From: Eledone cirrhosa
Lineage: Eukaryota
Direction of reading: 5' to 3'
Assembly: GCA_964016885.1 (NCBI GenBank)
Contig: OZ024744.1
Location: 130,262,001-130,326,000, forward strand
DNA length: 64,000 nt
Below are positions 36,346 to 50,065 of this stretch, piece after piece. The notes below the pieces were generated by a model, which searched no databases, was not told where the DNA came from, and saw only the letters and a program-made list of their open reading frames with translations. Every line of letters begins with the position of its first letter. Position 1 is the first letter of the stretch. Position numbers and translations under genes: made by a program.

Positions 36346-37875
36346 GTCGGGGTTAAGTTAAGTTGGCGTTAAGTTAAGTTGGCGTTAAGTTAAGTTAGGC
36401 TTAACTTAAGTTGGGGTTCAGTTAAGTTGGGGTTAAGTTAAGTTGGTGTTAAGTTAAGTTGGGGCTAAGTTAAGTTGGGGCTGAGTTAAGTTGGGGCTGA
36501 GTTAAGTTGGGGTTAAGTTAAGTTGGGGTTGAGTTAAGTTGGGGTTAAGTTAAGTTGGGGTCAAGTTAAGTTGGGGTTAAGTTGGGGTTAAGTTAAGTTA
36601 GGTTTAAGTTAAGTTGGGGTTAAGTTAAGTTGGGGTTAAGTTAAGTTGGGGTTAAGTTAAGTTGGGGTTAAGTTAATTTGTGGTTAAGTTAAGTTGGGGT
36701 TAAGTTAAGTTGGGGTTAAGTTAAGTCGGGGTTAAGTTAAGTTGGGGTTAAGTTAAGTTGGGGTTAATTTAAGTTGGGGTTAAGTTAAGTTGGGGTTAAG
36801 TTAAGTTGGGGATAATTTAAGTTGGGGTTAAGTTAAGTTTGGGTTTAAGTTAAGTTGGGGTTAAGTTAAGTTGGGGTTAAGTTAAGTTGGGGTTAAGTTA
36901 AGTTGGTTAGTTAAGTTGAGTTTAAGTTAAGTTGGGGTTAATTTAAGTTGGGGTTAAGTTAAGCTGGGGTTAAGTTAAGTTGGGGTTAAGTTAAGTTGGG
37001 GTTAATTTAAGTTGGGGTTAAGTTAAGTTGCGGGTAATTTAAGTTGGGGTTAAGTTAAGTTGGGGTTAAGTTAAGTTGGGGTTAAGTTAAGTTGGGGTTA
37101 AGTTAAGTTGGGGCTAATTTAAGTTGGGGCTGAGTTAAGTTGGGGTTAAGTTAAGTTGGGGTTAAGTTAAGTTGGGGTTAAGTTAAGTTGGGGTTAAGTT
37201 AAGTTGGGGTTTATTTAAGTTGGGGTTAAGTTAAGTTGGGGTTCAGTTAAGTTGGGGTTCAGTTAAGTTGGGGTTAAGTTAAGTTGGGGTTAAGATGGGG
37301 TTAAATTACGTTGGAGTTAAGTTAAGTTGGGGTTAAGTTAAGTTGGGGTTAAGTTAAGTTGGGGTTAAGTTAAGTCGGGGTTAATTTAAGTCGGGGTTAA
37401 GTTAAGTTAGGGTTCAGTTAAGTTGGGGTTAAGTTAAGTTGGGCTTGAGTTAAGTTGGGGTTGAGTTAAATTGGGGTTGAGTTAAGTTGGGGTTGAGTTA
37501 AGTTGGTGTTGAGTTAAGTTGGGGTTAAGTTAAGTTGGGGTTAAGTTAAGTTGCAGTTAAGTTAAGTTGAGGTTAATTTAAGGTGCGGTTAAGTTAAGTT
37601 GGGCTTAAGTTAAGTTGGGGCTAAGTTAAGTTGGGGCTAAGTTAAGTTGGGGCTAAGTTAAGTTGGGGTTAAGTTAAGTTGGGGTTAAGTTAAGTCGGGG
37701 TTAAGTTAAGTTGGGGTTAAGTTAAGTTGGGGTTAAGTTAAGTTGGGGTTAAGTTAAGTTGGTTAGTTAAGTTGAGTTTAAGTTAAGTTGGGGTTAATTT
37801 AAGTTGGGGTTAAGTTAAGTTGGGGTTAAGTTAAGTTGGGGTTAAGTTAAGTTGGGGTTAAGTTAAGTTGGGGTT

Positions 37876-38051
37876 AACCCCAACTTAACTTAACCCCAAC
37901 TTCACTCAACCCCAACGTAACTCAACCCCAACTTAACTTAACCCCAACTTCACTCAACCCCAACTTAACTTAACCCCAACTTCACTCAACCCCAACTTCC
38001 AACTTGACTTAACCCCAACTTAACTTAGCCCCAACTTAACTTAAGCCCAAA
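37876..38051 (-). repeat. Inverted satellite block 11 (176-bp allele)
   Basis: CAACTTCCAACTTGAC signature. Confidence 0.95.
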
Positions 38052-40210
38052 GTCGGGGTTAAGTTAAGTTGGCGTTAAGTTAAGTTGGCGTTAAGTTAAG
38101 TTAGGCTTAACTTAAGTTGGGGTTCAGTTAAGTTGGGGGTAAGTTAAGTTGGGGTTAAGTTAAGTTAGGGTTAAGTTAAGTTGGGGTTGAGTTAAGTTGG
38201 GGTTAATTAAGTGGTGGTTATGTTAAGTTGTGGTTAAGTTAAGTTGCGGTTAAGTTGGGGTTAAGTTAAGTTAGGGTTAAGTTAAGTTGGCGTTGAGTTA
38301 AGTTGGGGTTAATTAAGTGGTGGTTATGTTAAGTTGGGGTTAATTTAAATTGGGGTGAAGTTAACTTTGTGGTTAAGTTAAGTTGGGGTTAAGTTAAGTT
38401 GGGGTTAAGTTGGGGTTGAGTTAAGTTGGGGTTGAGTGAAGTTGGGGTTAAGTTAAGTTGGGGTAAAGTTAAGTTGGGGTTATGTTAAGTCGGGGTTAAG
38501 TTAAGTTGTGGTTGAGTTAAGTTGGGGTTAATTTAAGTTGGGGCTAAGTTAATTTGTGGTTAAGTTAAGTTGGGGTTAAGTTAAGTTGGGGTTAAGTTAA
38601 GTTGGGGTTAAGTTAAGTTGCAGTTAAGTTAAGTTGAGGTTAAGTTAAGTTGGGGTTAAGTTAAGTTGGGGCTAAGTTAAGTTGGGGCTAAGTTAAGTTG
38701 GGGCTAAGTTAAGTTGGGGTTAAGTTAAGTTGGGGTTAAGTTAACTTGGGGTTAAGTTAAGTTGGGGTTAAGTTAAGTTGGGGTTAAGTTAAGTTGGTGT
38801 TAAGTTAAGTTGGGGCTAAGTGAAGTTGGGGCTGAGTTAAGTTGGGGCTGAGTTAAGTTGGGGTTAAGTTAAGTTGGGGTTGAGTTAAGTTGGGGTTAAG
38901 TTAAGTTGGGGTCAAGTTAAGTTGGGGTTAAGTTGGGGTTAAGTTAAGTTAGGTTTAAGTTAAGTTGGGGTTAAGTTAAGTTGGGGTTAAGTTAAGTTGG
39001 GGTTAAGTTAAGTTGGGGTTAAGTTAATTTGTGGTTAAGTTAAGTTGGGGTTAAGTTAAGTTGGGGTTAAGTTAAGTCGGGGTTAAGTTAAGTTGGGGTT
39101 AAGTTAAGTTGGGGTTAATTTAAGTTGGGGTTAAGTTAAGTTGGGGTTAAGTTAAGTTGGGGATAATTTAAGTTGGGGTTAAGTTAAGTTTGGGTTTAAG
39201 TTAAGTTGGGGTTAAGTTAAGTTGGGGTTAAGTTAAGTTGGGGTTAAGTTAAGTTGGTTAGTTAAGTTGAGTTTAAGTTAAGTTGGGGTTAATTTAAGTT
39301 GGGGTTAAGTTAAGCTGGGGTTAAGTTAAGTTGGGGTTAAGTTAAGTTGGGGTTAATTTAAGTTGGGGTTAAGTTAAGTTGCGGGTAATTTAAGTTGGGG
39401 TTAAGTTAAGTTGGGGTTAAGTTAAGTTGGGGTTAAGTTAAGTTGGGGTTAAGTTAAGTTGGGGCTAATTTAAGTTGGGGCTGAGTTAAGTTGGGGTTAA
39501 GTTAAGTTGGGGTTAAGTTAAGTTGGGGTTAAGTTAAGTTGGGGTTAAGTTAAGTTGGGGTTTATTTAAGTTGGGGTTAAGTTAAGTTGGGGTTCAGTTA
39601 AGTTGGGGTTCAGTTAAGTTGGGGTTAAGTTAAGTTGGGGTTAAGATGGGGTTAAATTACGTTGGAGTTAAGTTAAGTTGGGGTTAAGTTAAGTTGGGGT
39701 TAAGTTAAGTTGGGGTTAAGTTAAGTCGGGGTTAATTTAAGTCGGGGTTAAGTTAAGTTAGGGTTCAGTTAAGTTGGGGTTAAGTTAAGTTGGGCTTGAG
39801 TTAAGTTGGGGTTGAGTTAAATTGGGGTTGAGTTAAGTTGGGGTTGAGTTAAGTTGGTGTTGAGTTAAGTTGGGGTTAAGTTAAGTTGGGGTTAAGTTAA
39901 GTTGCAGTTAAGTTAAGTTGAGGTTAAGTTAAGGTGCGGTTAAGTTAAGTTGGGCTTAAGTTAAGTTGGGGCTAAGTTAAGTTGGGGCTAAGTTAAGTTG
40001 GGGCTAAGTTAAGTTGGGGTTAAGTTAAGTTGGGGTTAAGTTAAGTCGGGGTTAAGTTAAGTTGGGGTTAAGTTAAGTTGGGGTTAAGTTAAGTTGGGGT
40101 TAAGTTAAGTTGGTTAGTTAAGTTGAGTTTAAGTTAAGTTGGGGTTAATTTAAGTTGGGGTTAAGTTAAGTTGGGGTTAAGTTAAGTTGGGGTTAAGTTA
40201 AGTTGGGGTT

Positions 40211-40386
40211 AACCCCAACTTAACTTAACCCCAACTTCACTCAACCCCAACGTAACTCAACCCCAACTTAACTTAAACCCAACTTCACTCAACCCCAACT
40301 TAACTTAACCCCAACTTCACTCAACCCCAACTTCCAACTTGACTTAACCCCAACTTAACTTAGCCCCAACTTAACTTAAGCCCAAA
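40211..40386 (-). repeat. Inverted satellite block 12 (176-bp allele)
   Basis: 176 signature plus a TTAAACCC variant shared with block 17. Confidence 0.95.
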
Positions 40387-41330
40387 GTCGGGGTTAAGTT
40401 AAGTTGGCGTTAAGTTAAGTTGGCGTTAAGTTAAGTTAGGCTTAACTTAAGTTGGGGTTCAGTTAAGTTGGGGGTAAGTTAAGTTGGGGTTAAGTTAAGT
40501 TAGGGTTAAGTTAAGTTGGGGTTGAGTTAAGTTGGGGTTAATTAAGTGGTGGTTATGTTAAGTTGGGGTTAAGTTAAGTTGCGGTTAAGTTGGGGTTAAG
40601 TTAAGTTAGGGTTAAGTTAAGTTGGCGTTGAGTTAAGTTGGGGTTAATTAAGTGGTGGTTATGTTAAGTTGGGGTTAATTTAAATTGGGGTGAAGTTAAC
40701 TTTGTGGTTAAGTTAAGTTGGGGTTAAGTTAAGTTGGGGTTAAGTTAAGTTGGGGTTAAGTTAAGTCGGGGTTAAGTTAAGTCGGGGTTAAGTTAAGTTA
40801 GGGTTCAGTTAAGTTGGGGTTAAGTTAAGTTGGGGTTGAGTTAAGTTGGGGTTGAGTTAAATTGGTGTTGAGTTAAGTTGGGGTTAAGTTAAGTTGCAGT
40901 TAAGTTAAGTTGAGTTTAAGTTAAGGTGCGGTTAAGTTAAGTTGGGGTTAAGTTAAGTTGGGGCTAAGTTAAGTTGGGGCTAAGTTAAGTTGGGGCTAAG
41001 TTAAGTTGGGGTTAAGTTACGTTGGGGTTAAGTTAAGTCGGGGCTAAGTTAAGTTGGGGTTAAGTTAAGTTGGGGTTAATTTAAGTTGGGGTTGAGTTAA
41101 GTTGGGGTTAAGTTTAGTTGGGGTTAAGTTAAGTTGGGGTTAAGTTAAGTTGGGTTTAAGTTAAGTTGGGGTTAAGTTAAGTTGGGGTCAAGTTAAGTTG
41201 GGGTTAAGTTAAATTGGTTAGTTAAGTTGAGTTTAAGTTAAGTTGGGGTTAATTTAAGTTGGGGTTAAGTTAAGTTGGGGTTAAGTTAATTTGGGGTTAA
41301 GTTAAGTTGGGGTTAAGTTAAGTTGGGGTT

Positions 41331-41515
41331 AACCCCAACTTAACTTAACCCCAACTTCACTCAACCCCAACGTAACTCAACCCCAACTTAACTTAACCCC
41401 AACTTCACTCAACCCCAAATTAACTTAACCCCAACTTCACTCAACCCCAACTTAAGTCAACCCCAACTTAACTTAACCCCAACTTGACTTAACCCCAACT
41501 TAACTTAAGCCCAAA
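41331..41515 (-). repeat. Inverted satellite block 13 (185-bp allele)
   Basis: Copy of block 8 (CCCCAAATTAAC, exit GTCGGAG), offset 9695. Confidence 0.95.
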
Positions 41516-43626
41516 GTCGGAGTTAAGTTAAGTTGGCGTTAAGTTAAGTTAGGCTTAACTTAAGTTGGGGGTAAGTTAAGTTGGGGGTAAGTTAAGTTGG
41601 GGTTAAGTTAAGTTGCGGTTAAGTTGGGGTTAAGTTAAGTTAGGGTTAAGTTAAGTTGGCGTTGAGTTAAGTTGGGGTTAATTAAGTGGTGGTTATGTTA
41701 AGTTGGGGTTAATTTAAATTGGGGTGAAGTTAACTTTGTGGTTAAGTTAAGTTGGGGTTAAGTTAAGTTGGGGTTAAGTTGGGGTTGAGTTAAGTTGGGG
41801 TTGAGTGAAGTTGGGGTTAAGTTAAGTTGGGGTAAAGTTAAGTTGGGGTTAAGTTAAGTCGGGGTTAAGTTAAGTTGTGGTTGAGTTAAGTTGGGGTTAA
41901 TTTAAGTTGGGGCTAAGTTAATTTGTGGTTAAGTTAAGTTGGGGTTAAGTTAAGTTGGGTTTAAGTTAAGTTGGGGTTAAGTTAAGTTGCAGTTAAGTTA
42001 AGTTGAGGTTAAGTTAAGTTGGGGTTAAGTTAAGTTGGGGTTAAGTTAAGTTGGGGCTAAGTTAAGTTGGGGCTAAGTTAAGTTGGGGCTAAGTTAAGTT
42101 GGGGTTAAGTTAAGTTGGGGTTAATTTAAGTTGGGGTTAAGTTAAGTTGGGGTTAAGTTAAGTTGGGGTTAAGTTAAGTTGGTGTTAAGTTAAGTTGGGG
42201 CTAAGTTAAGTTGGGGCTGAGTTAAGTTGGGGCTGAGTTAAGTTGGGGTTAAGTTAAGTTGGGGTTGAGTTAAGTTGGGGTTAAGTTAAGTTGGGGTCAA
42301 GTTAAGTTGGGGTTAAGTTGGGGTTAAGTTAAGTTAGGTTTAAGTTAAGTTGGGGTTAAGTTAAGTTGGGGTTAAGTTAAGTTGGGGTTAAGTTAAGTTG
42401 GGGTTAAGTTAATTTGTGGTTAAGTTAAGTTGGGGTTAAGTTAAGTTGGGGTTAAGTTAAGTCGGGGTTAAGTTAAGTTGGGGTTAAGTTAAGTTGGGGT
42501 TAATTTAAGTTGGGGTTAAGTTAAGTTGGGGTTAAGTTAAGTTGGGGATAATTTAAGTTGGGGTTAAGTTAAGTTTGGGTTTAAGTTAAGTTGGGGTTAA
42601 GTTAAGTTGGGGTTAAGTTAAGTTGGGGTTAAGTTAAGTTGGTTAGTTAAGTTGAGTTTAAGTTAAGTTGGGGTTAATTTAAGTTGGGGTTAAGTTAAGC
42701 TGGGGTTAAGTTAAGTTGGGGTTAAGTTAAGTTGGGGTTAATTTAAGTTGGGGTTAAGTTAAGTTGCGGGTAATTTAAGTTGGGGTTAAGTTAAGTTGGG
42801 GTTAAGTTAAGTTGGGGTTAAGTTAAGTTGGGGTTAAGTTAAGTTGGGGCTAATTTAAGTTGGGGCTGAGTTAAGTTGGGGTTAAGTTAAGTTGGGGTTA
42901 AGTTAAGTTGGGGTTAAGTTAAGTTGGGGTTAAGTTAAGTTGGGGTTTATTTAAGTTGGGGTTAAGTTAAGTTGGGGTTCAGTTAAGTTGGGGTTCAGTT
43001 AAGTTGGGGTTAAGTTAAGTTGGGGTTAAGATGGGGTTAAATTACGTTGGAGTTAAGTTAAGTTGGGGTTAAGTTAAATGGGGTTAAGTTAAGTTGGGGT
43101 TAAGTTAAGTCGGGGTTAATTTAAGTCGGGGTTAAGTTAAGTTAGGGTTCAGTTAAGTTGGGGTTAAGTTAAGTTGGGCTTGAGTTAAGTTGGGGTTGAG
43201 TTAAATTGGGGTTGAGTTAAGTTGGGGTTGAGTTAAGTTGGTGTTGAGTTAAGTTGGGGTTAAGTTAAGTTGGGGTTAAGTTAAGTTGCAGTTAAGTTAA
43301 GTTGAGGTTAAGTTAAGGTGCGGTTAAGTTAAGTTGGGCTTAAGTTAAGTTGGGGCTAAGTTAAGTTGGGGCTAAGTTAAGTTGGGGCTAAGTTAAGTTG
43401 GGGTTAAGTTAAGTTGGGGTTAAGTTAAGTCGGGGTTAAGTTAAGTTGGGGTTAAGTTAAGTTGGGGTTAAGTTAAGTTGGGGTTAAGTTAAGTTGGTTA
43501 GTTAAGTTGAGTTTAAGTTAAGTTGGGGTTAATTTAAGTTGGGGTTAAGTTAAGTTGGGGTTAAGTTAAGTTGGGGTTAAGTTAAGTTGGGGTTAAGTTA
43601 AGTTGGGGTTAAGTTAAGTTGGGGTT

Positions 43627-43802
43627 AACCCCAACTTAACTTAACCCCAACTTCACTCAACCCCAACGTAACTCAACCCCAACTTAACTTAACCCCAACT
43701 TCACTCAACCCCAACTTAACTTAACCCCAACTTCACTCAACCCCAACTTCCAACTTGACTTAACCCCAACTTAACTTAGCCCCAACTTAACTTAAGCCCA
43801 AA
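43627..43802 (-). repeat. Inverted satellite block 14 (176-bp allele)
   Basis: Counterpart of block 9, offset 9695. Confidence 0.95.
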
Positions 43803-45864
43803 GTCGGGGTTAAGTTAAGTTGGCGTTAAGTTAAGTTGGCGTTAAGTTAAGTTAGGCTTAACTTAAGTTGGGGTTCAGTTAAGTTGGGGGTAAGTTAAGT
43901 TGGGGTTAAGTTAAGTTAGGGTTAAGTTAAGTTGGGGTTGAGTTAAGTTGGGGTTAATTAAGTGGTGGTTATGTTAAGTTGGGGTTAAGTTATGTTGCGG
44001 TTAAGTTGGGGTTAAGTTAAGTTAGGGTTAAGTTAAGTTGGCGTTGAGTTAAGTTGGGGTTAATTAAGTGGTGGTTATGTTAAGTTGGGGTTAATTTAAA
44101 TTGGGGTGAAGTTAACTTTGTGGTTAAGTTAAGTTGGGGTTAAGTTAAGTTGGGGTTAAGTTGGGGTTGAGTTCAGTTGGGGTTGAGTGAAGTTGGGGTT
44201 AAGTTAAGTTGGGGTAAAGTTAAGTTGGGGTTAAGTTAAGTCGGGGTTAAGTTAAGTTGTGGTTGAGTTAAGTTGGGGTTAATTTAAGTTGGGGCTAAGT
44301 TAATTTGTGGTTAAGTTAAGTTGGGGTTAAGTTAAGTTGGGGTTAAGTTAAGTTGGGGTTAAGTTAAGTTGCAGTTAAGTTAAGTTGAGGTTAAGTTAAG
44401 TTGGGGTTAAGTTAAGTTGGGGCTAAGTTAAGTTGGGGCTAAGTTAAGTTGGGGCTAAGTTAAGTTGGGGTTAAGTCAAGTTGGGGTTAAGTTAACTTGG
44501 GGTTAAGTTAAGTTGGGGTTAAGTTAAGTTGGGGTTAAGTTAAGTTGGTGTTAAGTTAAGTTGGGGCTAAGTTAAGTTGGGGCTGAGTTAAGTTGGGGCT
44601 GAGTTAAGTTGGGGTTAAGTTAAGTTGGGGTTGAGTTAAGTTGGGGTTAAGTTAAGTTGGGGTCAAGTTAAGTTGGGGTTAAGTTGGGGTTAAGTTAAGT
44701 TAGGTTTAAGTTAAGTTGGGGTTAAGTTAAGTTGGGGTTAAGTTAAGTTGGGGTTAAGTTAAGTTGGGGTTAAGTTAATTTGTGGTTAAGTTAAGTTGGG
44801 GTTAAGTTAAGTTGGGGTTAAGTTAAGTCGGGGTTAAGTTAAGTTGGGGTTAAGTTAAGTTGGGGTTAATTTAAGTTGGGGTTAAGTTAAGTTGGGGTTA
44901 AGTTAAGTTGGTTAGTTAAGTTGAGTTTAAGTTAAGTTGGGGTTAATTTAAGTTGGGGTTAAGTTAAGCTGGGGTTAAGTTAAGTTGGGGTTAAGTTAAG
45001 TTGGGGTTAATTTAAGTTGGGGTTAAGTTAAGTTGCGGGTAATTTAAGTTGGGGTTAAGTTAAGTTGGGGTTAAGTTAAGTTGGGGTTAAGTTAAGTTGG
45101 GGTTAAGTTAAGTTGGGGCTAATTTAAGTTGGGGCTGAGTTAAGTTGGGGTTAAGTTAAGTTGGGGTTAAGTTAAGTTGGGGTTAAGTTAAGTTGGGGTT
45201 AAGTTAAGTTGGGGTTTATTTAAGTTGGGGTTAAGTTAAGTTGGGGTTCAGTTAAGTTGGGGTTCAGTTAAGTTGGGGTTAAGTTAAGTTGGGGTTAAGA
45301 TGGGGTTAAATTACGTTGGAGTTAAGTTAAGTTGGGGTTAAGTTAAGTTGGGGTTAAGTTAAGTTGGGGTTAAGTTAAGTCGGGGTTAATTTAAGTCGGG
45401 GTTAAGTTAAGTTAGGGTTCAGTTAAGTTGGGGTTAAGTTAAGTTGGGCTTGAGTTAAGTTGGGGTTGAGTTAAATTGGGATTGAGTTAAGTTGGGGTTG
45501 AGTTAAGTTGGTGTTGAGTTAAATTGGGGTTAAGTTAAGTTGGGGTTAAGTTAAGTTGCAGTTAAGTTAAGTTGAGGTTAAGTTAAGGTGCGGTTAAGTT
45601 AAGTTGGGCTTAAGTTAAGTTGGGGCTAAGTTAAGTTGGGGCTAAGTTAAGTTGGGGCTAAGTTAAGTTGGGGTTAAGTTAAGTCGGGGTTAAGTTAAGT
45701 TGGGGTTAAGTTAAGTTGGGGTTAAGTTAAGTTGGGGTTAAGTTAAGTTGGTTAGTTAAGTTGAGTTTAAGTTAAGTTGGGGTTAATTTAAGTTGGGGTT
45801 AAGTTAAGTTGGGGTTAAGTTAAGTTGGGGTTAAGTTAAGTTGGGGTTAAGTTAAGTTGGGGTT

Positions 45865-46040
45865 AACCCCAACTTAACTTAACCCCAACTTCACTCAACC
45901 CCAACGTAACTCAACCCCAACTTAACTTAACCCCAACTTCACTCAACCCCAACTTAACTTAACCCCAACTTCACTCAACCCCAACTTCCAACTTGACTTA
46001 ACCCCAACTTAACTTAGCCCCAACTTAACTTAAGCCCAAA
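45865..46040 (-). repeat. Inverted satellite block 15 (176-bp allele)
   Basis: Counterpart of block 10, offset 9695. Confidence 0.95.
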
Positions 46041-47554
46041 GTCGGGGTTAAGTTAAGTTGGCGTTAAGTTAAGTTGGCGTTAAGTTAAGTTAGGCTTAAC
46101 TTAAGTTGGGGTTCAGTTAAGTTGGGGTTAAGTTAAGTTGGTGTTAAGTTAAGTTGGGGCTAAGTTAAGTTGGGGCTGAGTTAAGTTGGGGCTGAGTTAA
46201 GTTGGGGTTAAGTTAAGTTGGGGTTGAGTTAAGTTGGGGTTAAGTTAAGTTGGGGTCAAGTTAAGTTGGGGTTAAGTTGGGGTTAAGTTAAGTTAGGTTT
46301 AAGTTAAGTTGGGGTTAAGTTAAGTTGGGGTTAAGTTAAGTTGGGGTTAAGTTAAGTTGGGGTTAAGTTAATTTGTGGTTAAGTTAAGTTGGGGTTAAGT
46401 TAAGTTGGGGTTAAGTTAAGTCGGGGTTAAGTTAAGTTGGGGTTAAGTTAAGTTGGGGTTAATTTAAGTTGGGGTTAAGTTAAGTTGGGGTTAAGTTAAG
46501 TTGGGGATAATTTAAGTTGGGGTTAAGTTAAGTTTGGGTTTAAGTTAAGTTGGGGTTAAGTTAAGTTGGGGTTAAGTTAAGTTGGGGTTAAGTTAAGTTG
46601 GTTAGTTAAGTTGAGTTTAAGTTAAGTTGGGGTTAATTTAAGTTGGGGTTAAGTTAAGCTGGGGTTAAGTTAAGTTGGGGTTAAGTTAAGTTGGGGTTAA
46701 TTTAAGTTGGGGTTAAGTTAAGTTGCGGGTAATTTAAGTTGGGGTTAAGTTAAGTTGGGGTTAAGTTAAGTTGGGGTTAAGTTAAGTTGGGGTTAAGTTA
46801 AGTTGGGGCTAATTTAAGTTGGGGCTGAGTTAAGTTGGGGTTAAGTTAAGTTGGGGTTAAGTTAAGTTGGGGTTAAGTTAAGTTGGGGTTTATTTAAGTT
46901 GGGGTTAAGTTAAGTTGGGGTTCAGTTAAGTTGGGGTTCAGTTAAGTTGGGGTTAAGTTAAGTTGGGGTTAAGATGGGGTTAAATTACGTTGGAGTTAAG
47001 TTAAGTTGGGGTTAAGTTAAGTTGGGGTTAAGTTAAGTTGGGGTTAAGTTAAGTCGGGGTTAATTTAAGTCGGGGTTAAGTTAAGTTAGGGTTCAGTTAA
47101 GTTGGGGTTAAGTTAAGTTGGGCTTGAGTTAAGTTGGGGTTGAGTTAAATTGGGGTTGAGTTAAGTTGGGGTTGAGTTAAGTTGGTGTTGAGTTAAGTTG
47201 GGGTTAAGTTAAGTTGGGGTTAAGTTAAGTTGCAGTTAAGTTAAGTTGAGGTTAATTTAAGGTGCGGTTAAGTTAAGTTGGGCTTAAGTTAAGTTGGGGC
47301 TAAGTTAAGTTGGGGCTAAGTTAAGTTGGGGCTAAGTTAAGTTGGGGTTAAGTTAAGTTGGGGTTAAGTTAAGTCGGGGTTAAGTTAAGTTGGGGTTAAG
47401 TTAAGTTGGGGTTAAGTTAAGTTGGGGTTAAGTTAAGTTGGTTAGTTAAGTTGAGTTTAAGTTAAGTTGGGGTTAATTTAAGTTGGGGTTAAGTTAAGTT
47501 GGGGTTAAGTTAAGTTGGGGTTAAGTTAAGTTGGGGTTAAGTTAAGTTGGGGTT

Positions 47555-47730
47555 AACCCCAACTTAACTTAACCCCAACTTCACTCAACCCCAACGTAAC
47601 TCAACCCCAACTTAACTTAACCCCAACTTCACTCAACCCCAACTTAACTTAACCCCAACTTCACTCAACCCCAACTTCCAACTTGACTTAACCCCAACTT
47701 AACTTAGCCCCAACTTAACTTAAGCCCAAA
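47555..47730 (-). repeat. Inverted satellite block 16 (176-bp allele)
   Basis: Counterpart of block 11, offset 9679. Confidence 0.95.
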
Positions 47731-49889
47731 GTCGGGGTTAAGTTAAGTTGGCGTTAAGTTAAGTTGGCGTTAAGTTAAGTTAGGCTTAACTTAAGTTGGG
47801 GTTCAGTTAAGTTGGGGGTAAGTTAAGTTGGGGTTAAGTTAAGTTAGGGTTAAGTTAAGTTGGGGTTGAGTTAAGTTGGGGTTAATTAAGTGGTGGTTAT
47901 GTTAAGTTGTGGTTAAGTTAAGTTGCGGTTAAGTTGGGGTTAAGTTAAGTTAGGGTTAAGTTAAGTTGGCGTTGAGTTAAGTTGGGGTTAATTAAGTGGT
48001 GGTTATGTTAAGTTGGGGTTAATTTAAATTGGGGTGAAGTTAACTTTGTGGTTAAGTTAAGTTGGGGTTAAGTTAAGTTGGGGTTAAGTTGGGGTTGAGT
48101 TAAGTTGGGGTTGAGTGAAGTTGGGGTTAAGTTAAGTTGGGGTAAAGTTAAGTTGGGGTTATGTTAAGTCGGGGTTAAGTTAAGTTGTGGTTGAGTTAAG
48201 TTGGGGTTAATTTAAGTTGGGGCTAAGTTAATTTGTGGTTAAGTTAAGTTGGGGTTAAGTTAAGTTGGGGTTAAGTTAAGTTGGGGTTAAGTTAAGTTGC
48301 AGTTAAGTTAAGTTGAGGTTAAGTTAAGTTGGGGTTAAGTTAAGTTGGGGCTAAGTTAAGTTGGGGCTAAGTTAAGTTGGGGCTAAGTTAAGTTGGGGTT
48401 AAGTTAAGTTGGGGTTAAGTTAACTTGGGGTTAAGTTAAGTTGGGGTTAAGTTAAGTTGGGGTTAAGTTAAGTTGGTGTTAAGTTAAGTTGGGGCTAAGT
48501 GAAGTTGGGGCTGAGTTAAGTTGGGGCTGAGTTAAGTTGGGGTTAAGTTAAGTTGGGGTTGAGTTAAGTTGGGGTTAAGTTAAGTTGGGGTCAAGTTAAG
48601 TTGGGGTTAAGTTGGGGTTAAGTTAAGTTAGGTTTAAGTTAAGTTGGGGTTAAGTTAAGTTGGGGTTAAGTTAAGTTGGGGTTAAGTTAAGTTGGGGTTA
48701 AGTTAATTTGTGGTTAAGTTAAGTTGGGGTTAAGTTAAGTTGGGGTTAAGTTAAGTCGGGGTTAAGTTAAGTTGGGGTTAAGTTAAGTTGGGGTTAATTT
48801 AAGTTGGGGTTAAGTTAAGTTGGGGTTAAGTTAAGTTGGGGATAATTTAAGTTGGGGTTAAGTTAAGTTTGGGTTTAAGTTAAGTTGGGGTTAAGTTAAG
48901 TTGGGGTTAAGTTAAGTTGGGGTTAAGTTAAGTTGGTTAGTTAAGTTGAGTTTAAGTTAAGTTGGGGTTAATTTAAGTTGGGGTTAAGTTAAGCTGGGGT
49001 TAAGTTAAGTTGGGGTTAAGTTAAGTTGGGGTTAATTTAAGTTGGGGTTAAGTTAAGTTGCGGGTAATTTAAGTTGGGGTTAAGTTAAGTTGGGGTTAAG
49101 TTAAGTTGGGGTTAAGTTAAGTTGGGGTTAAGTTAAGTTGGGGCTAATTTAAGTTGGGGCTGAGTTAAGTTGGGGTTAAGTTAAGTTGGGGTTAAGTTAA
49201 GTTGGGGTTAAGTTAAGTTGGGGTTAAGTTAAGTTGGGGTTTATTTAAGTTGGGGTTAAGTTAAGTTGGGGTTCAGTTAAGTTGGGGTTCAGTTAAGTTG
49301 GGGTTAAGTTAAGTTGGGGTTAAGATGGGGTTAAATTACGTTGGAGTTAAGTTAAGTTGGGGTTAAGTTAAGTTGGGGTTAAGTTAAGTTGGGGTTAAGT
49401 TAAGTCGGGGTTAATTTAAGTCGGGGTTAAGTTAAGTTAGGGTTCAGTTAAGTTGGGGTTAAGTTAAGTTGGGCTTGAGTTAAGTTGGGGTTGAGTTAAA
49501 TTGGGGTTGAGTTAAGTTGGGGTTGAGTTAAGTTGGTGTTGAGTTAAGTTGGGGTTAAGTTAAGTTGGGGTTAAGTTAAGTTGCAGTTAAGTTAAGTTGA
49601 GGTTAAGTTAAGGTGCGGTTAAGTTAAGTTGGGCTTAAGTTAAGTTGGGGCTAAGTTAAGTTGGGGCTAAGTTAAGTTGGGGCTAAGTTAAGTTGGGGTT
49701 AAGTTAAGTTGGGGTTAAGTTAAGTCGGGGTTAAGTTAAGTTGGGGTTAAGTTAAGTTGGGGTTAAGTTAAGTTGGGGTTAAGTTAAGTTGGTTAGTTAA
49801 GTTGAGTTTAAGTTAAGTTGGGGTTAATTTAAGTTGGGGTTAAGTTAAGTTGGGGTTAAGTTAAGTTGGGGTTAAGTTAAGTTGGGGTT

Positions 49890-50065
49890 AACCCCAACTT
49901 AACTTAACCCCAACTTCACTCAACCCCAACGTAACTCAACCCCAACTTAACTTAAACCCAACTTCACTCAACCCCAACTTAACTTAACCCCAACTTCACT
50001 CAACCCCAACTTCCAACTTGACTTAACCCCAACTTAACTTAGCCCCAACTTAACTTAAGCCCAAA
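49890..50065 (-). repeat. Inverted satellite block 17 (176-bp allele)
   Basis: Counterpart of block 12 (TTAAACCC), offset 9679. Confidence 0.95.
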